NCBI RefSeq assembly: GCF_003918875.1
Contig: NW_025765136.1
Location: 124,001 to 188,000, forward strand
Length of the DNA: 64,000 bases
Reading direction: 5' to 3'
Source: Haliotis rubra
Lineage: Eukaryota
A model generated the notes under the pieces. It had not been told where the DNA came from and ran no database searches. It saw nothing but the letters and a program-made list of their open reading frames with translations. Below, piece by piece: positions 11,361 to 23,400 of the stretch. The translations under genes were made by a program, and so were the position numbers. Position 1 is the stretch's first letter. Each line of letters starts with the position of its first letter.

Positions 11361-14300
11361 AACTTCATCCTGTCAATAAAGTCAATAAAGAACGTCGATG
11401 CCGCAAAAGATCACACTAATTACATGATTATGAAGGATATAACTCCCGTGCTTGATATAACAAACTCAATGTCTCGGTTAACAATCGATATCGATGGACT
11501 GTGGTTGATTTCACGGATATGTTTTCCGAATTTTTTGTTGTGTGCATCCATAACAAAAGTTTCTTTCCTTATCAAATTTGTATTCAGATTATTTTGTTTA
11601 AAGGTGTCCATTAGGCATATGTTTTACCTTGTAGTAAAGCACCAAAGTCAAAGTAAGAGCTACAGTATGTGCAGTGCACGTCCTTGACAACAGGACTCAG
11701 TCTAAATTCATGAATTTGTCATAACATAAAAAAAGGAAATTTTGTGAAAAAAAGCAAAACGATAAATCATGGATGTATTCATGAGACGACATTATCTGTA
11801 CTCGGACACACTTCAACGCAGAACTTACGTACTGCTAAAGGCGTAGGCCCATTAGAGAATCATAGGCACCTTTTCTCTGTCGCGACGTATGTGTTATCGA
11901 CCATACGCCGATGAATTCTCAGTGAACATAATGACATGATATAACGTATGTTTTACTTTGAACTTTCTATAATGCAGCCATGCCAGATGTAGACAACGTG
12001 AACTACTGAGATTTTATTACACGCCGGTACGTGAATGAACTGTCAAAGATATCGGACCCAGATTTCTCATTTAAAGTATGCTTCGCTATTATATTTAGTA
12101 ATTTGGAACCTGAGAGATCACATATTGCTGTCGTTTTGTTGTCATATGAGTGGTTGGAACTGCATAAACTGATAAGCGAATCTACATAATAATACAACAA
12201 GCTATAATCCATGTTACGACAAAACAACAAAACTCAGTCGATCCTTAACGTTTACTAGTCCTCAAGGCCAGGGACGTAAACACGTTGGACCATTAAAATA
12301 CCAACGCTTAACTGACAACGAGACCGATACCATATTATGGCTTTACATTTCCGTATAAACGTTATCACATAGACAATTGCAAAACAGTGCGGTATACTGC
12401 ATAACTTCTACACTCAGTTGCTTTTATATATGTTATATGTGTGTATATCAGATGTCAGAGAACATATGGTGTATCATATCTATAAATAATCATTTCTTTC
12501 TGTATTATGCCATCGCGGTCATGCGAATGCAGTCATTATAGTCATATATACACGTATTCATGAAATCATGATCATCAGTCGTTAGGATTTACAATATGCT
12601 GTTTCCTAGGTAACAATAATTTCGATGCTTCCTATTATCAGTGGTTTCTTAAATATTGTCCCAGCATCTGTTTGATATTATTCACCCAAGTTGACTATTA
12701 TATTTTAATACTATTTCTTAAACGCTATCAAAATTAATCAAAATTGTGTTAACTAATTGTAATGATAAGTGAAAAGATTGGTTAAAATCCGATTCCGATA
12801 TTCCATTAGTCATAAACACTCATTTGCTACAATTTTACAAACTCATTAACAAACAATATAACTAGCAATATATTGCAAAATCCAACTGCGTTATTGTTGC
12901 GTGCGTGCCCGGCACGTCGTAGCTTATGATATAGATGTAGTTTTAACATACCCCTTTAGTTTACATGACCTGCATTCAAACATGAATGACTATCTCACTA
13001 CCATAATTTATTCGACTGTAAACCCTTATACTGAAAGTGTTGTTTACTATAAGCTGAAGCCGCCGCCATGTAAAGCGGGAATATTGCTGAGTGCGACGTA
13101 AAACTCAAACTAATGTATTTGTGTAACCATGTTAGAGGGGTATATTTTAAAATAAGTATTTTTCCTACATTTTTAAAGAGTGGTTTGGTCTGACATACTT
13201 GTGAATACCTTCACACACACACAAACATTGGTCGCACACACACGCACACCACCACACCACACCACACATACTCACTCACACAACAACATCATAACACCTC
13301 TAGATATGTACAGTGGCATTGCTTGATCCTTTACTTGATAAAGGTGGTGAGCATAGATACACTTACATATCTATTTTAAGAGTTTCACACAATGGAAGAA
13401 ATGAAAGCAAATGTCATCTGAAGTTTATTGAGAAATAATATGTGAAGTGATATAGTTTAAGAACATAAATAACATCTCTGAAAAATGAGAAGTAACATGT
13501 GGACAAGAAGTATGCATCCCAACTGCTGCAAAAATCAAAAGAAGGTAATTTGCAAAGTTTAACAAAAGTCTCAATGTATATTGATTGTCTGTTATCGTTC
13601 AATAACCATCAAACAGTGAATTTGAATAACTTCACATAAGGCACACCAGTGAGACCTTCTCGTGTGTTTCATAATGAGATATATGCATAAAGAGTCAGAG
13701 CGACAAAAGAAATACTTTCATCAAGACTGTGATACGAGAGGGATGATTTTAACTCTTCCAGTGGTCAAGTATGACCAGCAATATCCCAAAAGCCCAGGCC
13801 TATATTTCTCACAACTTTTAAAATGCAATCGAGATTTCAAAGTGCGCCATACTATCACGCCAACAGTCGTTCAGTAAAGCTTCCAAACGTCAAGGCTTCA
13901 GTAAACATTTTATGGTAGATATGTGGAGAACATTTCAAAGCTGACGCATTGTTACAAGCAATGATTATGGATACACTTACAACTTTGGCTACAGAGGTTC
14001 AGGACAATTTGGCAAAGATGAAGGCAAATATCATCAGATGTCGTTTGTGCAACAAACGGATTTATTTCGAGGGTCTATCATTCCGCTAATAATAAAAAAT
14101 AGTTCAACATGATTCACATCAGCCAATTGAGGAAGAAAATACTTTTGTCTATTGTTGTGTTTTGATGCTGTTTTTATTTGTTTTATGCATAAACAACTCT
14201 AAGTCTGACATACGTCGTTTTGTATGTATCCTTTTCGGGTGAACAGCTTTACCTCTTGCTGTACATGTTTTCAGCATTATTTACCATTTGATAGTGTTTC

Positions 14301-14546
14301 ATTTGTATATACATGCCAGCCCGTGGTATATCGGAATCGTACAGTCGATCCTGCTGTTGGCAGAGATTTGTAACAAGTTGCTATTATGCTATAAAGGGAA
14401 GCAATACAGACAGAGTAAGAACAAGGGTAGAGTAAAAGACTTTGCATGCTTTGGTTAAGAATAAGCGATTATTGTGGATCCATTCAACATTTCATTGAAG
14501 TTGTTTCCAGAGTATTTATCGCACTGATGAATTGACATATGTTGCA

Positions 14547-17500
14547 TCATATCTGCTCCTCAGCCATCTCCGTATAAAACGTTTCTGATATTTGTTCCAT
14601 TGTGGTCTGATCCAGAGAGGCGTACGGTTCATCACGTGTCGTTTCTAACGCTTTGAGTTTTTCATCTGCAGCCTGGGCGAAATGTGTAAAATTAAACTTT
14701 ATTCAACTCTTTCGTTAAACTAGATCGTTTCTTGTATTTGAATAGACTGACCTACATAAGCAACATCAAGAAAAGAGTTGCAGTTGATGCAAAACATGAA
14801 GTCGCCACCTGAGGTGTCCTCGAGAATGAGGTTTTGAATTCAGAGACAAATAAGAACGGGTGACCGTTTCGTGTCATTTGTGTCATAACAAAAGTACACA
14901 TTCAAATTGCAGGACAGAATAGGGTTTCGCCTGAAATCACAGATTTCAGTTAGAAACGACTGAAGTGGGTATTGGGTGTTATTTTGCTTTATGTTCTCTC
15001 TGATTACGAGTCATCACTAAGTGGTTGTAGGGACTGCTGTTCACAACATTTTTTTCTAATACTCTTCACTCTTCATGTACGTACATACACTAAAATCAAC
15101 AATTAAAGTTCTGACAATCTTCCCACCAAAACAACAGATTTCTTTATTCTATAGATGTTATACTACATGTTTGGATGATAAATAATAGGTGTTGTACTGG
15201 ATATACATTGAATACATAGAGAATAAGATACATTCATAAAAAATCGACCGGCAACATGTTGGTATCTGGTTTGTTTTCAGGCGGTTCCTGTACATACCAG
15301 GACATTGAATAGACTGTACACACGTCTGTCCCTGTATTATAAATCTTTGAAAGTAAAAAAGAAAAGAACATTTTAACACCCCCATTCAATAACTGCTCGG
15401 TACTAATAAGAGACCGATATACGCTGTTAACTCACCTCCTGATCCACAGAGAAGCCACCAGCACAATGATCAAATATGACAACTCCACATGAAATTCCAA
15501 CTGCTAACGTCATAGGACTAGAAGCTCGTTGGTCAGTATTTAAGGAGCGGGCTGAAAATGCAGTGTTGGCAATTAACTGATTTGCAAACATGCAGGACGT
15601 TACATGCAAACTATTGCCAAAGACGCAACAAAATGGAAGTTGTTCTTTGCAAATTCAGAGCCCTGGTTATTCGCTGGGTTCAAATCTGTTTGATGTAGGC
15701 AAAAATTAAGTGGAATTAAGAAACCGTAACATATTGGAAGGCAATCCCCAAATTTGCATGTATAACATACTAAGCAGTTTTAATGTAGTCTCTGCTTGAA
15801 TGTGTAGCTTTACTGGAGAAAGGGAAATACAAAATGTACCATATGATTTAGTGTAATATTTATGAAATCTAGATATCACATGTAATTAATGTTGGGGCAT
15901 TGTTGGATTAAAACGTTTTCATCTCAGATAATCAGAAAATCTCTACTTTTTGTACAAGGACAAATTTCATTTCTTAGTTAGCCTAATGCTTTGTTTCTTG
16001 TTAAGCAGAGAGAATAATATGTACTTGTCAACAATGAATACTATATTCGGAAAGTTATATGATCATATACCTTGTAAGTTTGGTTTCACGGTGGGATTAT
16101 CAGGTTTTAAAATTCAAAAGAAATACTCATCCCTTTTACGATTTTCCTCACTTCTAGAATGTCGTCGACAATACTCTTTATTCTTGTTTATTGGCTATTT
16201 TGTACGTACGTGTTTGAGGAATTTGCGCCGCTGAATGCAGGAGTGCATCCACTAGAGCAGAGCCCAGTGATCTTGTCACATACTTCCTTGGTGTCCAGAC
16301 AGCGACATTGTTTGTCACAGTTGTCACCAAACCAGCCGTCACTGCAAACTTTATTTCAGACATGGTAATTATCCAGTCGTGTATGTTCGTTAAACACCAG
16401 AAATACACAATGACATTTTGAAAAGGAGCGAGTGTTTTGTTTAAATATATTTTAATTGACTGTGAAAATACACTGCACCTAATTTTATTGGTAATTCTGA
16501 GTAAACAACATGTACGTACGTGTTTGACAATTTGCGCCGCTGAATCCAGGAGTACACCCACTAGTGCAGTGTCCAGTGATCTTGTCACACTTCTTTGTTA
16601 TCCAGACAGTGACATTGTTTGTCACAGTTGTCGCTAAACCAGCCGTCACTGCAAACTTTATTACAGAAAGTATCCAGTCGTGTATGTTCGTTAAACAGCA
16701 GAAATATACAATGGCACATTGTGTACGGATACGTAATGCGATACTCCTTCATTCGAGTATGTCTTGAACAGATTAAACACTATTCATTTTGGTCAGATAT
16801 TTAATGTACTTGTGACATTTTGAAAAGGAGCGAGTGCTTTTGTTTAAATGTATGTTCATTGACTGTGAAAATACACTGCATCTAATTTTATTGGTAATAA
16901 TTAACATGTACGTACCTGATTGACAGTTTGGTGCCGCTGAATCCAGGAGTGCACCCACTAGAGCAGTGTCCCGTCACCTTGTCACATATACTTCCTTGTT
17001 GTCCAAACAGTGACATTGTTTGTCACAGTTGTCACCAAACCATCCGTCACTGCAAACTATATATTAAAGATGGTATTGGTCCCTAAATACACTGAAATAC
17101 ACACTGAAAAAATGTTGAAAGATCAACTCTCCAGCCGCTTATAGCATGTGGTGGTCTGGAATGGTTCGGGTGGTCATGATCTGTGAATAATCTGGTTGTA
17201 TATCATTTGTTCTTTGACTTGATTCCTAAGAGTTATTCATTAACAGGCCACTGCGACGAGTAGGGATATTGTTGATTGAGGCATAAACTAACAAGATTGG
17301 GCCAGAGTGTGCAAAAACATCGTTGGCCCAACGAAAACATCGACGAACAATGGAACTTTAAATCCACATGGTATTAATTCCGCTTTCTCAAATACTTTCT
17401 ATGGATAAAGGAAAATTCCTGTCTAGTATTGAATATGATTGTTAATCTGTGAGACAGAGATTTTGTACTACATTTGCAAGACCAACCAATATATCTCTCC

Positions 17501-18503
17501 TTTGTACAGATGATTGTGTTGCTTTTGGAATCCAGTACAAGTGAGTGAGTGAGAAATTGAGAGAGGTGTGCGTGTGTGGTGACTGAGTGGAGTGAAGGTG
17601 TGAGGGAGGATTTACTCGCATCCGCAATATTTCAGTGCATATCGTGATTAAAACAACTTTTAAATTCACCATAAATATATATATATATATATATCTTGTC
17701 TTGTGTAGGAAGGACAGCAGGAACCACTAGAATATCACAGATGTGAATATAAAAGTAGCGGGTATGTAAGTCTGAACTATTTTAAGTCAGATGAACATAA
17801 CCATTAACAAAGTTTGGTACCTCCTGGATTATTTTGCTGATATTTGAATATAATTGGGTACATACCAAATATCTGCACCTCACACAGAGTCAGAAACTCT
17901 TGTGGTGTCCGTATGGTAACTGTGTTTCCTGAAAGTGGCTGTCTGCAGGTGACCTCCATGACATTATCAGGAGGTTCAGTTGATGACCAACTGTAGCAGA
18001 TCTGGCTGTCCACCAGAATCACCATGCCATCATTTCGACTTTGGTGCTGCAATTGAACTTATTTTGTGATAAATGTCAATGGTGAACAGTGTTGCTCTAA
18101 CTGTGAGTTATTTTAGATGTTTTACTTTGCTAAAGTCACAACGATGTACCTCTTTGCAATTCCAAATGAATTATTGGATGGTCTAAATACATCCGTTTCA
18201 GATTTTGCATTGTCCTAATCCATGAAATGTTGATATAGACTTCACAATACTCACATGTTTTGCGAAGATAGAGTTTCATGCGGTGTATTTTCTCATGGCT
18301 GCTTGCATTGAGAACTAGTGTCCATGATGGAGTCATGTCTCCATCACCCAGTGCGAGCTACACACGGACTGTCACTGAATTGATCTGAAATTAATCCATC
18401 CACCGCGTAGTCCGCTGTCAGGTTCAGTGGCTGGGAAGTTTCAGGATCTTCACTGTGGTAGACAGATGTCTGAGTTGCGGGTCTTTTTCAGAGCCGACGT
18501 TTC
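14547..18503 (-). pseudogene. 3' half of the same receptor gene: second F-type lectin domain, three EGF exons, TM exon and cytoplasmic exons; frameshifted as assembled
   Basis: Exons 18255-18503 and 17866-18046 (lectin 2). EGF exons 16916-17056, 16520-16655 and 16210-16348 are 141, 136 and 139 nt versus 138. TM exon 15436-15551 reads LAVGISCGVVILIIVLVASLWIRR after removing one T. Exons 15298-15344 and 14547-14665 follow (...EPYASL...FYTEM...). Splice sites are retained. The indels may be assembly errors. Confidence 0.65.
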
Positions 18504-18545
18504 CTTATGAAACAATTCATAGAAACTAGATATATTTGAATGATA

Positions 18546-19200
18546 TTAATCTAGTGTAATTTGCAATAACAACAAGGCATTGACGTTAGAATTGGCAAGG
18601 TAGCGGACCGTGACGCGTGATGTATGTGAAGTAGCGTTGTCATGCTGAAACATCTCCCCTTGTCGGTCCATAATCGGAAGCATGTGACGTGCAAGGACTT
18701 CGCTGATGCACCGAATTGCTGTCCAATTCCTCTGAACCACCACTAAATCAGACCTTTGTGTGTTCCATATCTTACCCCACACCATGACACTGTCTCCATC
18801 GAATCTGTCGACCTGTCGAATGCACCAAACTGCATCGTCTTGTCACAGTCGTGGAGACTGCACAAAGCATTCTGGTTTGAGACGAATTTTTGTCCACACT
18901 GTCAGGAAATCGATTGCGTGAAGTGGGGATTCGACAAAGAACGCCAGTAGTCGCCCCTGTTTTGAGAAACTTCCATCGGCGCAATCGCTTGCGATTTGAG
19001 ACGATGCAATTTGGGGCAGAATGTTGATTACTCAGACGGCCAAAACGCTGTCTTCCATGTCGCCGGTAAATAAGAAATCGTGATTCATTAATGAACCAGA
19101 TTAACCTCCAGTTTCTAAGGTTCCCGTTCCGGACTCTACATACCACCGCAAGCGATTGCGCCTAAAGAATTGGTGTGGTTAAAGACAAAATGTCGTCTGG
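18546..19200 (-). mobile_element. Tc1 transposase fragment
   Basis: ORFs 18546-18785 (FQHDNATSHTSR) and 18772-19146 (WRLIWFINESRF...HGRQR). Confidence 0.75.
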
Positions 19201-19345
19201 ATGATCTCATAATGTCATGGGAAAGTACCATTAGCATTTAGACGTCAGTACTTGGTTTAACTCTGTGTTTACGGCTGACTACCAAGAAGCTAAAATAGAA
19301 ACACTCAGTGTGTCGGTATGCTGACTCTAAAAAACAGACACACAG

Positions 19346-19590
19346 AGTGAGTGAGTGAGTTTAGTTTTGCACAGTACTCAGAAATAGTCAACTCTATAGC
19401 GGCGGTCTATAAATAATCGAAGTCTGGATCAGACAATCCAGTGATCAAGAGCATGAACATCTATCTCCGCAATTGGGATGCGATGACATGTATCAACCGA
19501 GTCAGCAAGCCTGACCACCCGATCCTGTTAGTCGCCTCTTACGACAAGCATGGGTTGCTGAAGACCATTTCTAACCGGATCTTCACGAGT
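19346..19590 (-). mobile_element. SINE family 2 (other copies ~4235-4470, 38095-38320 and 41585-41795 on -; ~10430-10620, 42640-42742 and 57612-57800 on +)
   Basis: Shared body gaagatcc..gttagaa...cttgtcgtaagaggcgactaac.ggatcgggtggtcaggct...cactggattgtctggtccagac, and a 3' tail related to family 1. Confidence 0.8.
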
Positions 19591-19594
19591 CAGA

Positions 19595-20380
19595 CACAAC
19601 CCATGTGAGTAAATTTGTTATTGCAACTTCCACAAGAAGGGAGATATTTGGTGGAAGGATAACTGCACAAACTGCCAGAAATCGAATCCGTGCCCATAAT
19701 GGAGCCCATAATGGAACAATTTTAACGCCTCTTCACCACCGCAATCGACACATAATGTTCAATGAAAGACAGTGGAATTCGATTGTCTTCAGCGACGAAT
19801 CTCGAGATCCCGTACAGGGATCAGATTTTGCAACCTGTCCTGCTTTATGCAGAGACATGACCCTTGACTGATGTTCCAAGAGAACGCTATACCGCATGCG
19901 GCAAATCTTACACAGAATTTTCTATGAAATGCCGGTGTTCAAGCTCTCGATTGGCCGTCGCGTAGCGCTTCGACCTCAATGATATCTAACACATCTGGGA
20001 CGAGCTGGGTCGACGTGTTCGTCAGCAAGTCAATCCACCACAGCCGTTGCAAGATATTCAACGTCCCCTTGTTTAGCAATGGCGACGTCTCCTCGGGGTG
20101 TGTTTGCTGACGTTCTAAGATCCACAAGGAGACGTTGTAGTTGTAAAGGACACTAGGAGGCCACAACCCTTACAGAAGACCTCAATCGAAATGTTCTCCA
20201 CACTGTGACCTTCATTCATGAACCTTATCGTTGTTAAAGTGTTGTAGCGTTTTTCCCCTTTGATGCCAAGCTGTTCTGTCCACAACATATGTACAACTAA
20301 ACTATTGTCCTAAACCTAAAATAAATGATCTAGTCCAAAACATCCCGAGTGTCAAGTTTTCAGTTTGGCTGAATATATAT
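19595..20380 (+). mobile_element. Tc1 transposase fragment
   Basis: ITAQTARNRIR...WNSIVFSDESR, then fragments resembling FQENA.PH, DWP and HIWDELGRRV. Confidence 0.7.
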
Positions 20381-20482
20381 ACTCATTCTCTTTCACGACT
20401 TTCTTCACTTCTACAGTGCCGTTGAAAATACACTGCAACTTTGTTTATTGGATATTCTGATTCAATAATAACATGCACGTAC

Positions 20483-23400
20483 GTGTCTGACAATTTGCGC
20501 CGCTGAATCCAAGAGTGCATCCACTAGGGCAGTGTCCCGTCATCTTGTTACATACGTCCGTATTGTCCAAACAGTGACATTGTTTGTCACAGTTGTCACC
20601 AAACCAGCCGTCACTGCAAACTATATAAGACAGATTGTATTTGTTCCCTCATGTGTGTACGTTAAACAACGAAATACACACTTATGTATTGTACTGCGTA
20701 AAGCCAAACTCCTCCTCAAAACTGAAAACTTCTCACCTTTTGTCTCGCATTTAATGTATTTGTAGCCTTTTGAAAAAGAGCGTGTTTACTATAATCTTAA
20801 AACAAAGTAAGGGAACCTGAAATTTCAATTTGGATAGGATTTATTAACGTTAACAAACCTTTCAAAGACAGACATCTTATGAACGCACCATTTTATCACC
20901 ATCCCTAAACATAACGCATGGAATGCACATGCACAACGCAGTAGCCCAATACACGTACATAGGGTGTCATTCTTGATTTTGACTGTTTTCAAGAAGGTTA
21001 ATTTATCACTGTGGAGCATTAATTTTGACAATCATCTTGCATCACACAGTTGTTAGTGTTTGTTTCCTGCCAGTTTTTTGGCGTGAAAATGAAAATTGTA
21101 CACATGCAAATTTCACTTCATACACCAATCATCTTTCAAGGGCGATGACTGTCAAACAACTGTGGTCATAAGGAAGTGCAAGTGGTGATGCACTCTAAAA
21201 CAGTCATTTATTTATTTAGTCATATATCATATCAACATTGATTGACTCCGATATATCCGATATTTTGTTCGTAAATTAAAAATGAAATTCACCTACTTTT
21301 TTGTAAGAGTATATACGTCCTTTATTGTCAGTAATAATACACGGAAATAGCTACCATGTACGTACGTGTCTGACAATTTGTACCGGTGAATCCAGAAATG
21401 CATCCACTAGAGCAGTATCCAGTGATCTTGTCACACATGTCCTTCTTGTTCAGACAGTGACATTGTTTGTCACAGTCGACACCAAACCAGCCGTCACTGC
21501 AAACTATAAAATAAAAGTGGTTTTGGTCGTCACATGCGTGTACGTTGAACACTGATATACACGCTGACATAATGTTCAAAGAGGCTCAATTACACTCCCT
21601 CGTCACTCGCGTGTAGCAATAATGTGTTGACAGTTAAGGTAAGAAAGGGTTTCCAGTACACATTTATTTTCCCGTAAGCACTCGTCACCAAAACAAGATA
21701 CAAGTGTCACAATGTCTTTTTGTGACATGGTCAGCCCAACGTATGGGTCAGTCCTGATTATCCCGGGAAACCTGAAATGTTTGTACCAATAAACGAATGC
21801 CATCACTGTCAACAATGCATTTTTAAGTTGATCTCACTTTGAACTCTATCCATGAAACGGAAACTTATTTAAATCCACCCTGTCTATCCCATTCTACTAA
21901 TGGATAATCTTTGAGAAAGGGCTTTGGTGGTACATTGCAGGATCAACTAATAGATCTCTCTTTGACCAGATGTTTATGTTGCTTTGAAATCCAATACAGA
22001 CGGACGGGGACTGGTCATGTCTTTACGTTGTAGAGTCAAGCCAAAGGTTACAAGCACTGATGAATGGTTTTGCAAGATTTATCACAGTGGCCTTATACGT
22101 GGTTCAAACAATTTATGTAAATTGATGTTATTTGAGGCCTTGTTAACAATATAACATATTAATGGAAGATGAAGTTGTGAAAGTAGTTTTCAACATCTTA
22201 AGATGGGAAGTCAGATGAACATACTAAAAAACATTTTTTGGGCAGTTCTGGGTGCTATGATATTTGGATATAATTGGGTACATTGAGAAATTGAGAGAGT
22301 GTGAGTGTGTGAGTGAGTGAGGGTGTGAGGGTGTGAGGGAGGATTTACTCTCACATCGGCAATATTTCAGGCATATCGGGACTAAAACAACTTTTAGATT
22401 CACCATATATATGTTGGTTTACAGGTATATATATATATGGTGAATTTAAAAGTTATATATATATATATGGTGAATTATATATATATATCTTGTCTTGTGT
22501 AGGGAGAACAGAAGGAACCACTAGAATATCACAGATGTGAATATAAAAGTAGTATGTAAATCCCCCGTGATGTGGCTGGAATGTTGCTAAAAGCGGCGTA
22601 AAACCAAACTCAGTCAGTCAGTATGTAAGTCTGAACTATTTTAAGCCAGATGAACATGACCATGAACAAAGTTTGGTACCTCTGGATTATTTTGCTGATA
22701 TTTGAATATAATTGGGTACATACCAAATATCTGCACCTCACACAGAGTTAGAAGCTCCTGTGGCGTCCGTATGGTAACTGAGGTTCCTGATAGTGGCCGT
22801 CTGCAGGTGACGTCCGTGACATTGTCAGGTCGTTCATTTGATGACCAATCGTAGCAGATCTGGTCGTCCACCAGAATCACCATGCCATCGTTTCGATTTG
22901 GCCCTGTAATCACACACATTTCGTAGAGTTAATATGATAAAAGTCGGTGATGAGTTATTTAGATGTTTCAGTTTGCTAACGTCACAACGTTTATACGTTA
23001 TTGGCAATTGGACCTGAGATATTGGAAGATCTCAAAAAGCATCCATTTCAGGTTCTGCATTTATCATAATTCTTAAAATGTTGATGTAGACGCCACAGTA
23101 CCCACATGTTGTGCGAAGATAGAGTTTCATGTTGTGTATTTTGTCATGACAGCTTGTATTGAGAAATACAGTCCATGATGGAGTCGTGTCTCCACCGTCA
23201 GTGTGAGCACATGGACTGTCTCGGAGGTGAGTGGAAACTAGTCCATCCACCGCGTAGTCCGCCGTCAGGTTCAGTGGCCGGGTAGTTTGAAACCATTCAT
23301 AGAAGACAGAGGTTTGAATTGCAGGTCTTTTCAGAGCAACGTTTTCTGATGAAACAATTTAAATTAGATATATTTAAATGACTATTATCAATCTAGAGAT

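Noticed and set aside
13979-14392. Possible extra Tyr-rich cytoplasmic or UTR exons of the lectin receptor (…LYDSDIPRAGMYIQMKHYQM… near 14250-14370)
   Set aside because: Splice-like sites exist, but I could not join them in frame because the preceding exon already reaches a stop. cDNA is needed.
16070-16110. Possible short stalk exon (PDNPTVKPNLQ) before the TM exon
   Set aside because: A donor is present, but there is no AG acceptor at the expected position.
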